A stretch of DNA of 62,579 nt, filler included, from Rhabdomonas costata (Eukaryota): NCBI GenBank assembly GCA_019059605.1. It is 20 parts of 20 records of this genome, joined end to end, with 100 filler letters (N's around TTAATTAATTAA, not from the genome) between each part and the next. Parts side by side here need not be neighbours in the genome. Positions count along the whole stretch, not along the records: positions 59,551 to 62,579 come from JAHMHO010001516.1; 19 more parts are not named here. One strand, 5' to 3'. The translations under genes and the position numbers were made by a program. Below are positions 62,344 through 62,579 of this stretch, piece by piece. The notes under the pieces are model-generated. The model did not search any database. It was not told the origin of the DNA and saw nothing but the letters and a program-made list of their open reading frames with translations. Positions within the stretch are counted from its first letter, which is position 1. Each line of letters begins with the position of its first letter.

Positions 62344-62579
62344 CTGTGGCCAACCAACCCATAGCACTGTCACGGCACAAAGACACAAGGCACGCTCACC
62401 AGGCATACAGAAAACGCGGAAATTGCATTCCCCCAAAAGAGAAAGTCCCGTTTTATCCAACCATCCTTCTCTTCCAGGGCAGAACTACTTATAGCATCCC
62501 CAGAAGTCCACTTCGCCAAGTTCAACCGCAAAATCAGCGAAAACAACCAAACCCCACAGCGTCCAACCACAACCCCCCC

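Noticed and set aside
1..62579. Alternative genetic code (stop-codon reassignment)
   Set aside because: No in-frame stops occur in conserved exons or the two long ORFs. TGA (PDE, ankyrin), TAA (ODC, methyltransferase) and TAG (zinc ribbon) all end genes at plausible positions.

Overview
This window is not one locus. It joins 20 unrelated contigs of about 3.02-3.04 kb with artificial N44-TTAATTAATTAA-N44 spacers. Most contig ends carry G/T-only (5') or A/C-only (3') tails typical of GenomePlex/PicoPLEX-type whole-genome-amplification primers, so this is probably a single-cell assembly. The DNA is from an intron-rich eukaryote using the standard genetic code. Introns are GT-AG or GC-AG with a very relaxed 5' splice site. 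Gene content and splice signals suggest a euglenozoan, probably a euglenid (inference). Most entries in the supplied ORF track are spurious, so genes were rebuilt by hand from exons. Recognisable genes or fragments: class I cyclic-nucleotide phosphodiesterase, receptor-type adenylate/guanylate cyclase, polycystin-2-like channel, extended synaptotagmin, cadherin-like, Cys-rich, EGF and MORN exons, a secreted FkbM-family methyltransferase, a >1000-aa intronless tandem Ig-like repeat protein, an ankyrin gene with one repeat per exon, an ornithine-decarboxylase-family protein, a kelch protein and one STE24 exon. There is also an internally deleted Tc1/mariner transposon. The best leads are: (1) two paralogues of a small CxH-WKRLR-CxxC-WKG zinc-ribbon family that I cannot assign; (2) an ODC-like enzyme with altered substrate-binding residues; (3) the phase-1 ankyrin exon array with non-consensus GC donors; (4) exons of apparently unrelated genes packed together on both strands, which is either real interleaving or amplification chimerism. 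No rRNA, tRNA or CRISPR array was recognised, and I cannot claim a complete new multi-gene system from these fragments.
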